Sequence record: OQ633420.1
Source: Pseudomonas phage PotUPM1
Length of the DNA: 32,000 nt
Direction: 5' to 3' (one strand)
Below are positions 1 to 7,768 of the stretch, in pieces; positions within the stretch are counted from its first letter, which is position 1, and each line of letters starts with the position of its first letter. The notes under the pieces are model-generated. The model made no database searches, was not told the DNA's origin, and worked only from the letters and a program-made list of their open reading frames with translations. Position numbers and translations under genes: made by a program.

Positions 1-1402
1 CAGCCTGCTGGGCGGGTTCGGCTACGCCGTGGCCGAGACCACCCACGACTGCGGCGAGCTGGGCGGCCTGGCGCAGTCCCGGAAAAGGTTCCTGCTGGTA
101 GCGCGCCACGTCGAGAAGGTCCCGCCCTTCCTCTACGAGCCGCAGAAGAAGAGCCTGCGCGCCGTGGGTGACATCCTCGGCCGCATGCCCCTGGCGGGTG
201 ACATCGTGGCGGCCGGGCCGATGCATCGCGTTCCGTCGCTCCAGTGGAAGACATGGGTGCGCCTCGCCCTGGTGCGCGCCGGCAGCGACTGGCGCAGCCT
301 CAACGAGCTGGCGATCGAGGACGGCTACCTGCGCGACCTGGTGATCGTACCGGCCTACCGAAGCGGCTACATGGGCGTGCACGGCTGGGAGGACAGCATG
401 GGCACCATCGCCGGCCGCAGCAGCCCTACCAATGGGGCGTTTTCCGTTGCAGATCCCCGCTACGAGGCGTCGGCCCGCTGGAACTACGGTCAGCAGTACG
501 GCGTTCTGGACTGGCGCGAGACTTCCGGCACAATCACCGGGCAGAAGTCGCCAGGGCAAGGGAAGTTCGCGGTGGCCGACCCGCGCGGCCAGAGCTTCGG
601 GAAGTACCCGGTCACCGAGTGGAACGACCACGCCGGCACCGTCATCGCGGCCAGCACCACCGGTCAGGGTGCGTTCGCTGTCGCAGATCCACGCCCGACC
701 GGGGTGCGGCACAACAACGTGTTCCGCATCGTCAGCATGGACCAGCACGCCGGTACGGTCACCAGCGGACACGGCCCCAGCTCGGGCGGCCAGGCGGTGG
801 CCGATCCCCGGTACCACAACTGGCACCCCGGCGCGTCGAGCCGGAAGCTGAACGTGGTGCCATGGACTGGTACCGCCGGTACCGTCACCGGCTCCCAGCA
901 GGTGGCCAGCGGCGCGCTGTCGATCGCTGACCCGCGTGCACTGCATCGCACCAAGGGGGATGCCTACCTCACCGGCGGCCACTACGGCGTGGTGGGCTTC
1001 GACCAGTCGGCCGGCGCCGTCTCTGCCAGCGCGCGATACGACAATGGCCGCTGGAGCGTTGCCGATCCGCGCATGCCGGCGGCGGACGAGCGCCTGACCT
1101 GCATCATCCAGTCGCTCGACGGCACCTGGCACCGCCCATTCACCACCCTGGAGCTGGCCGCCCTGCAGAGCCTGGTAGACCCTGAAGAGCAGTTGGAGCT
1201 GGACGGGCTCAGCGACAGCGACTGGCGCGAGCGCATCGGCAACGCCGTACCGCCGGCGGCAGCCGAGGCAATCGCCCACGTCATGGGCACTACCCTGCTG
1301 CTGGCCGAGCTGGGCGAGACGTTCATGCTCAGCAGCATGCCGATCTGGGTGCGACCGGTGGCCGTAGGGCTGAGCGTCGCAAGGCAGGATGCTCATAGCT
1401 GA
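1..1402 (+). CDS. Cytosine-5 DNA methyltransferase, 3' portion (gene begins before the window)
   Basis: The frame is open upstream of the track start (SLLGGFGYAVAETTHDCGELGGLAQSRKRFLLVARH = motif VIII region). It ends with the motif X-like RIGNAVPPAAAEAIAHVMGTTLL. Confidence 0.85.
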   Translation, partial: SLLGGFGYAVAETTHDCGELGGLAQSRKRFLLVARHVEKVPPFLYEPQKKSLRAVGDILGRMPLAGDIVAAGPMHRVPSLQWKTWVRLALVRAGSDWRSLNELAIEDGYLRDLVIVPAYRSGYMGVHGWEDSMGTIAGRSSPTNGAFSVADPRYEASARWNYGQQYGVLDWRETSGTITGQKSPGQGKFAVADPRGQSFGKYPVTEWNDHAGTVIAASTTGQGAFAVADPRPTGVRHNNVFRIVSMDQHAGTVTSGHGPSSGGQAVADPRYHNWHPGASSRKLNVVPWTGTAGTVTGSQQVASGALSIADPRALHRTKGDAYLTGGHYGVVGFDQSAGAVSASARYDNGRWSVADPRMPAADERLTCIIQSLDGTWHRPFTTLELAALQSLVDPEEQLELDGLSDSDWRERIGNAVPPAAAEAIAHVMGTTLLLAELGETFMLSSMPIWVRPVAVGLSVARQDAHS

Positions 1403-1668
1403 GAGCCCCACGAAGAAAGCCTGTCCATCAGCCATTCGAGCCCTATCAGCAATGCCCTGCCGGTCAGGTAGGACAGTACTCGAAGGGCAAACTCTCTAAG
1501 CGTTTTCATTTACGCATTACCTCTCGTCGGTTGGCTTACAAGAGCATCGCAAGGGCTGTTGCCCTGTTCCTCTTGTGGGTTTTCCAACCCTATCCAGTGA
1601 CCTGAGAGGTATGCGCACCCCCCACCCAACAACAGCCTGCCGGCGATGCCCGGCGGGGAGGTAACCTC

Positions 1669-1902
1669 ATGGCCCGAGTAATCGCGCAGATGACCGTGAA
1701 GCTCCCGCGTCTCATGGAGGCGGGCGAGTACAGGAAGATGCGCTACGCAGGCGGGAAGCCCAGCCTGCAGCAACTGAAACGATGGATCGAAGACGGGACG
1801 GTGGTCGGCGAGATCAAGGGCGACCTGTACTTCGTGGACCTGCAGGCTGAGCTCACCGGCTCGACCGACCCGCTGCTGTCCAAGATGCTGGAGGTTGGCT
1901 GA
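1669..1902 (+). CDS. Putative excisionase (Xis-like), directly upstream of and overlapping the integrase
   Basis: Small protein with MerR/Xis-like KPSLQQLKRWIEDGTVVGEIKGDLYFVDL. RBS ggggagg upstream. Stop overlaps the int start. Confidence 0.6.
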   Translation: MARVIAQMTVKLPRLMEAGEYRKMRYAGGKPSLQQLKRWIEDGTVVGEIKGDLYFVDLQAELTGSTDPLLSKMLEVG

Positions 1903-3038
1903 TGCCGCCGAGAAAGCGCACGCCGCAGAACAGAGGTCTGCCGGAGAACCTCTATTCGAACGGCCGGTACTTCCAGTACCGCAACCCCATCACCGGCAAG
2001 AAGACGAGCATCAACAAGCCCCTGGCCGAAGCCATCAAGCTGGCCAGGGCAGCCAATGCCAAACTTGCGCCCCTGATGACGGACGACGGTGCCCTGCTGG
2101 CGCTGCTCACCGGCGAGGCGGCCCCGACGTTCGAGCACCTGCTGCAGCGCTTCGACGAGGAGTGGCTGCCGACTCGCACCTACTCGGCGAGAACGCTGCA
2201 GGAGATCCGCTTCAAGCTGGTCAGGTACAGGGAGGACCTCGGCACCCGGATGATCGGGCAGCTCGACGTGCTGGCCGTCGCGGAGTACCTAGACCAGTTC
2301 AGCAACAACGCCTACACGAAGCACCGCGGGCTGATGGTGCAGATCTTCGCGTTCGCGGTGGCCAAGGGCCTGGCCGAGCGGAACGTGGCAGAGCTGACCC
2401 TGGTGAAGGTGGAAGAGGAGAAGAAGCGGCAGCGGCACACACCTGAGGGCCTGGCCCAGATCATTGCGTTCGAGGGGACGCCCGAGTGGCTCAAGCGAGC
2501 CATTCGCCTGGCGCTGGTCAGCCTGCAGCGGCGGGAGGATATCGTGACGTGGGAGAAGGCTGCGGTCGATCTGGAGCGGAATACGATCAGGGTGTCCCCG
2601 GGCAAGACCCAGAACTACGGCAACCCGATCCACCTGGAGATCGTCATGGGGGAAGCGCTGCGCGCTGTGGTGAAGGAGTGCCTGGCATCCCCGGTGGTCT
2701 GCCCCTACCTGATCCACTACTCGCCCAGGGCGAGGAAGCGGGAGCAGTTGGACGCGAAACGCCACTGGAACGCGGTGACCGAGGACTACCTGACGAAGGC
2801 TTTCACGAAGGCCAGGGACGACTCAGGGGCCTACGATTCGATGCCGAAGGGGGAGCGGCCGACCTTCCACGAGATCCGCGCGCTGGGCGCCTGGCTGTAC
2901 GAGCAGCAGGGCTACCCGCAGGACTACATCCAGGCCCTGATGGGGCACGCGGACGTGAAAATGACCGAGCACTACCAGGCCGGCCACGGGGAAAAAGAAG
3001 TGCAGTACCAGAGGGTGAGCGCCGACCTGAAGCTGTAA
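1902..3038 (+). CDS. int: Phage tyrosine integrase
   Basis: C-terminal catalytic motifs RREDIVTWEKAAVD, HEIRALGAWLYEQQG, LMGHADVKMTEHYQAGH. Adjacent to the tRNA-derived att site. Confidence 0.93.
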   Translation: MPPRKRTPQNRGLPENLYSNGRYFQYRNPITGKKTSINKPLAEAIKLARAANAKLAPLMTDDGALLALLTGEAAPTFEHLLQRFDEEWLPTRTYSARTLQEIRFKLVRYREDLGTRMIGQLDVLAVAEYLDQFSNNAYTKHRGLMVQIFAFAVAKGLAERNVAELTLVKVEEEKKRQRHTPEGLAQIIAFEGTPEWLKRAIRLALVSLQRREDIVTWEKAAVDLERNTIRVSPGKTQNYGNPIHLEIVMGEALRAVVKECLASPVVCPYLIHYSPRARKREQLDAKRHWNAVTEDYLTKAFTKARDDSGAYDSMPKGERPTFHEIRALGAWLYEQQGYPQDYIQALMGHADVKMTEHYQAGHGEKEVQYQRVSADLKL

Positions 3039-3080
3039 GCCGGGTGGCGGTTTTCCCAAAATATGCCCAATCTATTCCCA

Positions 3081-3113
3081 AAAGCAAAAAGGGCGACCCT
3101 TTCGGATCGCCCT
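3081..3113 (-). terminator. Rho-independent terminator at the end of the leftward late operon
   Basis: Minus strand AGGGCGATCC-GAAA-GGGTCGCCCT-TTTTGCTTTT: 10-bp stem (one G-T wobble), GNRA loop, T tract. Confidence 0.75.
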
Positions 3114-3141
3114 CTAAGCCCCGCATTACGCGGGTTCGATT

Positions 3142-3190
3142 TGGTAGGCACAATTGGACTCGAACCAACGACCCCCACCATGTCAAGGTG
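3142..3190 (-). other. attP core: 3' half of tRNA-Val(GAC), including CCA
   Basis: Reverse complement CACCTTGACATGGTGGGGGTCGTTGGTTCGAGTCCAATTGTGCCTACCA covers the anticodon arm, variable loop, T arm and acceptor 3' strand of a GAC tRNA-Val. The 5' half is absent. It sits just downstream of int. Confidence 0.85.
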
Positions 3191-3227
3191 ACATCTGGAT
3201 GCACCCAAGCTGTTGATTTAAAAAGCA

Positions 3228-3240
3228 AATCAAGTCATTT
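3228..3240 (+). promoter_or_regulatory. Candidate IHF site in an att arm
   Basis: AATCAAGTCATTT matches WATCAANNNNTTR at all but the last position. Confidence 0.5.
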
Positions 3241-3275
3241 CAGAGCATCCAAAACCTACTGATCCGGCCCATAAG

Positions 3276-3288
3276 AATCAATAACTTA
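3276..3288 (+). promoter_or_regulatory. Candidate IHF site in an att arm
   Basis: AATCAATAACTTA is a full match to WATCAANNNNTTR. Confidence 0.6.
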
Positions 3289-3325
3289 CAGTTGGATTTT
3301 CGTACAGTAGCTGGGCGCAAGTGGC

Positions 3326-3601
3326 CTATTCAACACTATCCGAACACCCGCTGATCGCAGCCACCAGCTCCCTCTCGTAGCCGATCCGCTGCCGGCGCTC
3401 TGCCAGTAGAGCCCTGACTTTCACCTCCAGCGAGTCACCCGCTCGCAGCGTCGATGCTGCCCAGGGCGGCACGGCCACCTCCTCCACCCGGCACGGCACC
3501 GCCACCGGGACCTCTACGCGCACAATGCGCGGCTCGGCTTCCTGCCGGCCGGCGCACCCCGCCAGCGCGAACACCACCCCCACCACGATTCCCAGCCTCA
3601 T
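3326..3601 (-). CDS. Rz1-like outer-membrane spanin lipoprotein
   Basis: MRLGIVVGVVFALAGC lipobox signal peptide. Overlaps the Rz-like gene. The provided track labels this ORF '+', but the protein reads from the reverse complement. Confidence 0.7.
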   Translation of the reverse strand: MRLGIVVGVVFALAGCAGRQEAEPRIVRVEVPVAVPCRVEEVAVPPWAASTLRAGDSLEVKVRALLAERRQRIGYERELVAAISGCSDSVE

Positions 3602-3963
3602 AGACCCAACTCCCGGTTGATCACTGCCTCGGCCGCGGCGCACTGGTCGCCGCCGATTCGCTCCTGCTGCAGGCGCTGGGCGGCGGCATAGTCGCCGGCA
3701 GCGGCTTGGCGCGCCTCCTGCTGGGCCTGGACGGCGGCCTGCTGCCGCTGCTCAGCCTCAGCGCGCAACTGGGCCACCCTGGCGTTCTGCTCGCCCACGG
3801 CGCTCTCCAGATCCTGGCGGGCCTGCTGGCACCGCACTGCCCCGGCCTGCGCCTCGTCCAGCAGCGGACGATAGTGCTGGGCGGCCAGCCAGGCGCCACC
3901 GGCAGCGGCCATCAGCAGCGCCACGCCGGCCTGCACCAGGCGCAGCGGGATCACGGCGTTCAC
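3598..3963 (-). CDS. Rz-like inner-membrane spanin
   Basis: One N-terminal TM segment (VALLMAAAGGAWLA) followed by a Gln/Ala-rich coiled coil. Located immediately after the endolysin, with a GTG start overlapping its stop. Confidence 0.7.
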   Translation of the reverse strand: MNAVIPLRLVQAGVALLMAAAGGAWLAAQHYRPLLDEAQAGAVRCQQARQDLESAVGEQNARVAQLRAEAEQRQQAAVQAQQEARQAAAGDYAAAQRLQQERIGGDQCAAAEAVINRELGL

Positions 3964-4601
3964 GCCAGCACCGCCCGGGCGCGTTCCCACAGCAGACGCC
4001 GCTCGGCGCGGCCGTTCTGGCCGCCGTTGATGCGCTGGGTGATATCGTCGAACCGGCCGGCGTCGGCCAAGGCGTTGAGCGCGTTGTTCTCCCAGAACCA
4101 CGCCGCCGACAGCGCCGCATGCTCTGGCCGTTCGAGGAGCTCGGGCTGCTCCACCAGGGGCAGGCCCAGTGCACGGCCGCACCGCTGGTACTGCGCGCGG
4201 CCGGTGATCTGGAACAGCCCCCGGCCCCGGTACCGCCAGCCGTCACCGGAGGCGGCCGGGCCGTTGCCCATGCGATCGGCATAGACGCAATTGGCGATCG
4301 CCTCGGGCTGACGCTCCAGCCGCTGGGCTAGGCCATTCGGTTGGCGGGGGCGCGCGGCAGGCTCCAGAGCGAACCGCGCGGGCCAGGTGTTGGCCAGGCC
4401 TGCGGCGCCGTAGTTCAGGTTCTCCACCAGCAGGGTCAGCTCGGCGCTCTCGTGCCCGGCCTGGGCCAGGAATGCGGCCAGGCGCACGCGGCTGGTGATG
4501 TCGTACCGGGCCGCAGCTCGGTTGATGGCGGAAACGAAAACGCCCGCGTTTCGGCGGGCGTTCGGGAAGATCTGCAGCAACTGCTGCTCGGTGATCTGCA
4601 T
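3960..4601 (-). CDS. Endolysin, glycoside hydrolase family 19 (chitinase-like)
   Basis: AAFLAQAGHESAELTLLVENLNY, GWRYRGRGLFQITGRAQY, AAWFWENNALNALAD are GH19 signatures. Confidence 0.9.
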   Translation of the reverse strand: MQITEQQLLQIFPNARRNAGVFVSAINRAAARYDITSRVRLAAFLAQAGHESAELTLLVENLNYGAAGLANTWPARFALEPAARPRQPNGLAQRLERQPEAIANCVYADRMGNGPAASGDGWRYRGRGLFQITGRAQYQRCGRALGLPLVEQPELLERPEHAALSAAWFWENNALNALADAGRFDDITQRINGGQNGRAERRLLWERARAVLA

Positions 4602-4612
4602 GGAGTGCTCCA

Positions 4613-4639
4613 GAAAAAGAAAACCCCGCAAGCGGGGCT
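4613..4639 (-). terminator. Terminator-like hairpin between the tail gene and endolysin
   Basis: Minus strand AAGCCCCGC-TT-GCGGGG-TTTTC-TTTTT. Confidence 0.55.
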
Positions 4640-4649
4640 TAAGTGAGGG

Positions 4650-4949
4650 TCACTCTTCGACCCACAGCTCTGTTTGGCGAAGGCCAGCCAGGGTCAGCGC
4701 CTCCTGTAGTTCTTCGATACCGACCTCAACGACGGCGTTGTCTGCCAGAACCCAGGTGGTGGTGGTATCTGGCGGTTGAGCCATCAATCCCACGATGGCA
4801 CGCGCCATGCGGCCCTGGCTCCGTTCGTCACCGTCGAACACGCGACCGCTCGACGTAGTGACGGCGATCCGTGCGACCGCCTCAGAGCGCCTGGCCTTGA
4901 ACCGCTCCCGCTCAATCTCCTTCACCCTGTCTGGATTGATTCGGAACAT
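4650..4949 (-). CDS. DUF4376-like phage protein (tail fibre associated)
   Basis: RVKEIERERFKARRSEAVARIAVTTSSGRVFDGDERSQGRMARAI resembles the DUF4376 pattern. Confidence 0.55.
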   Translation of the reverse strand: MFRINPDRVKEIERERFKARRSEAVARIAVTTSSGRVFDGDERSQGRMARAIVGLMAQPPDTTTTWVLADNAVVEVGIEELQEALTLAGLRQTELWVEE

Positions 4950-5183
4950 CTAGACCTCCTTGGCGGTTCCGTAACCGCTGGGCTGGCCCAGAACTTCGAC
5001 GTCCAGCTCCCATGCGTCCCTGTGCGTGCGGTCGGTTGGGAAGCTGCTTGCGTCTACGATCCAGAAGGGTGCGCCGGCCGGCGTGTCCTTCCTTGCAATT
5101 TGGTCGATGCTCAACCCGCATTCGCAGGGTGTGATGATCGAAACAGGCCGACCAGGAAGCTGGTAGATGATTCGCTGTGCCAT
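4950..5183 (-). CDS. Hypothetical phage protein
   Basis: Tightly packed ORF with overlapping start/stop and the same orientation as its neighbours. Confidence 0.6.
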   Translation of the reverse strand: MAQRIIYQLPGRPVSIITPCECGLSIDQIARKDTPAGAPFWIVDASSFPTDRTHRDAWELDVEVLGQPSGYGTAKEV

Positions 5184-5653
5184 TAACGACCTCCGAAAAA
5201 GATCATGTCGTTTTGCTCGGTGTCACCGTACGTCCCCGTCCCCCCCACCTGAATGGTGCGGAAGCGGAACGTGGTGGTGCCTTTCCCTGTTGGAATACGC
5301 CCGTATACCCACAAGTTGCCCTGCAGGTTCCCATGCGACGAAGCCACGACGTAGTTGGTGTTGCTCATCGCGGTAGCGAAGTTGACCGTGTAATCGCCGG
5401 TGCCGTTATCGGTGATGCTGGTGACGTTGTAGCTGTCACGGATCTCGATAGAAGCGCCCGTGCCGTTGAAATTCACCCAGGCGGTGCACTGGTGTCTCGG
5501 GTTCGCCGCATTCGAGGGATAGGCCAAGATGGTGCCGGAGCTGTTGGTGACGTAGATGTCGAACCCCGTGCCAACGCGGACGTAGTAGACCGAGTCAGGC
5601 GCCAGCGTTGCGGGCAGTGACGCCACCACCTTGAACTGACTGATCGTCGGCAT
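5183..5653 (-). CDS. Phage tail fibre/receptor-binding-region protein
   Basis: MPTISQFKVVASLPATLAPDSVYYVRVG... C-terminus rich in beta/Gly, and N-terminus similar to the next gene. Confidence 0.65.
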   Translation of the reverse strand: MPTISQFKVVASLPATLAPDSVYYVRVGTGFDIYVTNSSGTILAYPSNAANPRHQCTAWVNFNGTGASIEIRDSYNVTSITDNGTGDYTVNFATAMSNTNYVVASSHGNLQGNLWVYGRIPTGKGTTTFRFRTIQVGGTGTYGDTEQNDMIFFGGR

Positions 5654-5657
5654 AGGG

Positions 5658-6224
5658 TCACCAGTTCGCGCCGTTCCACTCTGCAGGGATGGCAGCGCCA
5701 TTGAACCGCAGCAGGCCGCCGGACTCGCTGAACTTGTCCAGGGTGGCCTTGTTGGCGTGGGAGTGGGCGGCGGCCACGGCGCTGTCGATCTGCGCCGGCG
5801 AGCTGGTGGGGCGGCCCTGGATGGCGTTCCAGGTCAGGGTCACGTCCATGGACTCGTACTCGGCGAGTTTCAGCCAGCTGGTGGTGGCCGGGTTCCAGCC
5901 ATAGAGGGCGGCACCGGCATTCACGGTGGGGTCGCCGGTCGCATCTTCGACCAGCACGAACGTGGCCGAGGTCAGGCTGCTCTCCAGGGCATTGCGCGCG
6001 GCGATGTCGGCGACGAACACCAGCGGGGCACCGGAACTGGGAAGGCTGGCGAGGGCGTCGGTGATCAGCGCGTTGATCATCGTGCTGTTGCCGATGGCCC
6101 GCGCCTCGCCGGCGGCGTTGGTCAGGTAGCCCTCGGCGTAGGTGCCGTTCTGGACGAAGTAGAACGAGTCGGCCGCCAGGGTGCCGGGCAGGCTGCTGAC
6201 CTTGTGGAATTGGATGGTGCTCAT
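5658..6224 (-). CDS. Phage tail fibre-like protein
   Basis: MSTIQFHKVSSLPGTLAADSFYFVQNG... with SAVAAAHSHANKATLDKFSE, which is typical of tail fibres. Confidence 0.7.
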   Translation of the reverse strand: MSTIQFHKVSSLPGTLAADSFYFVQNGTYAEGYLTNAAGEARAIGNSTMINALITDALASLPSSGAPLVFVADIAARNALESSLTSATFVLVEDATGDPTVNAGAALYGWNPATTSWLKLAEYESMDVTLTWNAIQGRPTSSPAQIDSAVAAAHSHANKATLDKFSESGGLLRFNGAAIPAEWNGANW

Positions 6225-6233
6225 GGGGTTCTC

Positions 6234-6458
6234 CTACCAGGTTTGCTCAGCCCAGCTCACGGGCGCGACGTAGAGCCCGTTCGGGCGGTTTTCGATCTGA
6301 TTGCCCGGGTCCGGGCTGAGGGTGGCGCCGTCGACGCCATTGCGCCCCGGCGGGCCCTGGCCACCGGCAGCGATAGCCACCCCGGCGACGCGGGTCGGCT
6401 CCACCACCAGGGCCACGGGCTGGGCCACGGCGATGACGGCGGGGGTGTCAGCAGCCAT
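6234..6458 (-). CDS. Small tail-region protein with collagen-like GQGPPGRNGVDG
   Basis: In-operon ORF with a short Gly-X-Y-like segment. Confidence 0.5.
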   Translation of the reverse strand: MAADTPAVIAVAQPVALVVEPTRVAGVAIAAGGQGPPGRNGVDGATLSPDPGNQIENRPNGLYVAPVSWAEQTW

Positions 6459-7038
6459 GGGCGCACCCTCCTCCGCTGTTCACCAGCACCTGGCCGGCCA
6501 CCCAGCGGTTCACGGTGCCGTCGGGGTGGGTGATGGTCAGGTCCCATTCACCGCGCGCCCAGGTGATGGCGGCGGTCTGCTCGGCGGTGAGGATCAGCAG
6601 CACCCGGCCGAGGCCCTGGAGTTGCACGCCGCCGTTCTGCTGGGTCAGCAGGATGGGGGCGGCGCCCTCGCCCCGGATCTCGGCGCGGATCTCGCAGCCG
6701 GTCAGGTCCACCGGGAGGCGATAGACCAGCAGGCCGCTGGCGGCGGTGCGGCCCTGGCCGGCCAGGTCGTTGAACTCCAGGGTGTCGGCGTCCACGACGT
6801 GGGCCAGGCGGCCGGGGCTTCGGGCCTTGTCCTGGTTGAGGTCGGGCCAGTTGGGCACGCCCTCGCACCACACCATCCAGTCCCCGGGCAGGCCGTGGGC
6901 GGGCACCTGCAGGCGCACCGGGGCGGTGCCGGCCAGGCCGGTAATTGGGCGGTACTGGTAGACGGGCTGCATCAGCAGCAGGGGCTGGTTGAGGGTGGCG
7001 CCCGGGATGACGGGCAGGTCTAGGCGGGCCGGCTGCAT
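6448..7038 (-). CDS. Tail/tail-tip structural protein (hypothetical)
   Basis: 196 aa ORF in the tail module, overlapping its downstream neighbour. Confidence 0.55.
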   Translation of the reverse strand: MQPARLDLPVIPGATLNQPLLLMQPVYQYRPITGLAGTAPVRLQVPAHGLPGDWMVWCEGVPNWPDLNQDKARSPGRLAHVVDADTLEFNDLAGQGRTAASGLLVYRLPVDLTGCEIRAEIRGEGAAPILLTQQNGGVQLQGLGRVLLILTAEQTAAITWARGEWDLTITHPDGTVNRWVAGQVLVNSGGGCAHGC

Positions 7039-7067
7039 GGCTGGCTACTCCAGGGCTAGGGGTGGAA

Positions 7068-7760
7068 TCAGGTGTCGAACGAGCGTTCGTGCAGGACGAG
7101 CAGGTGGCAGGTGCCGGCGTTGGGGTTGACGTACAGCCGGCCCCAGACGATGCCGTTGAGGTTTTCGATGATCAGGTCGGTGCCGCTGCTGGTGTACCAG
7201 CTGCCCGTGCTGCCCTCGACGGTGGGGGTGTTGCCCGGGGTGCTGATGGTGAACGGCGGCGAGCCGGTACTGCTGCGGATGAACACGTCCACCTGGCGCG
7301 GGGCGTTGGGGATTACCAGGCTGGCGGGGTTCTCCATCTGGTTCAGGCGCATCTCCACCAGGCCGTGGTCGTCAGTGAGGGTGTAGGTGCCATCGAAGGT
7401 GACGTCGAGGATCTGCTGGCCGTACCCGCCGCCACCGCCTCCCCCGCCCGCTGCTGCCAGCGCCTGGAGGGTGGCGGCGGTGCAGGAGCAGATCACCCGG
7501 GCGCCGGCCAGCCAGTCCTGGGCCGGGCGGTCTTCGACACCGCGCTCGGCGAGGGTCAGCACGCCGCCGCTGGCAGCGGTGACCCGCACCACCTCATAGG
7601 CGGTGGAGCCCGGCGTGGTGTCCAGCAGGGTCAGCAGGTAGTGGTCGCCGGCGCCGAACTCCAGCCGTGCGGCCAGCTCCGGGGCGACCTCCAGCTGCAG
7701 GGCGTTGGAGGCGAGTGGCTGCAGCAGCTCGGCCGACCAGTTGTTGACGAATCTGAGCAT
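7068..7760 (-). CDS. Tail-region structural protein with poly-Gly linker
   Basis: MLRFVNNWSAELLQPLASNALQL... GGGGGGGGYGQQILDVTFDGTY. The true start lies inside the longer track ORF. Confidence 0.6.
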   Translation of the reverse strand: MLRFVNNWSAELLQPLASNALQLEVAPELAARLEFGAGDHYLLTLLDTTPGSTAYEVVRVTAASGGVLTLAERGVEDRPAQDWLAGARVICSCTAATLQALAAAGGGGGGGGYGQQILDVTFDGTYTLTDDHGLVEMRLNQMENPASLVIPNAPRQVDVFIRSSTGSPPFTISTPGNTPTVEGSTGSWYTSSGTDLIIENLNGIVWGRLYVNPNAGTCHLLVLHERSFDT

Positions 7761-7768
7761 GGTTTCTC

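Noticed and set aside
3142-3190. A functional tRNA gene
   Set aside because: Only the 3' half is present. The D arm and 5' acceptor strand are missing, so it is an attachment-site fragment.
3326-3643. The ORF track lists this as a + strand gene
   Set aside because: Forward codons from 3326 read CTA TTC AAC ACT and do not match. The protein ...YERELVAAISGCSDSVE* is encoded by the reverse complement, so it is treated as a minus-strand Rz1-like gene starting at 3601.
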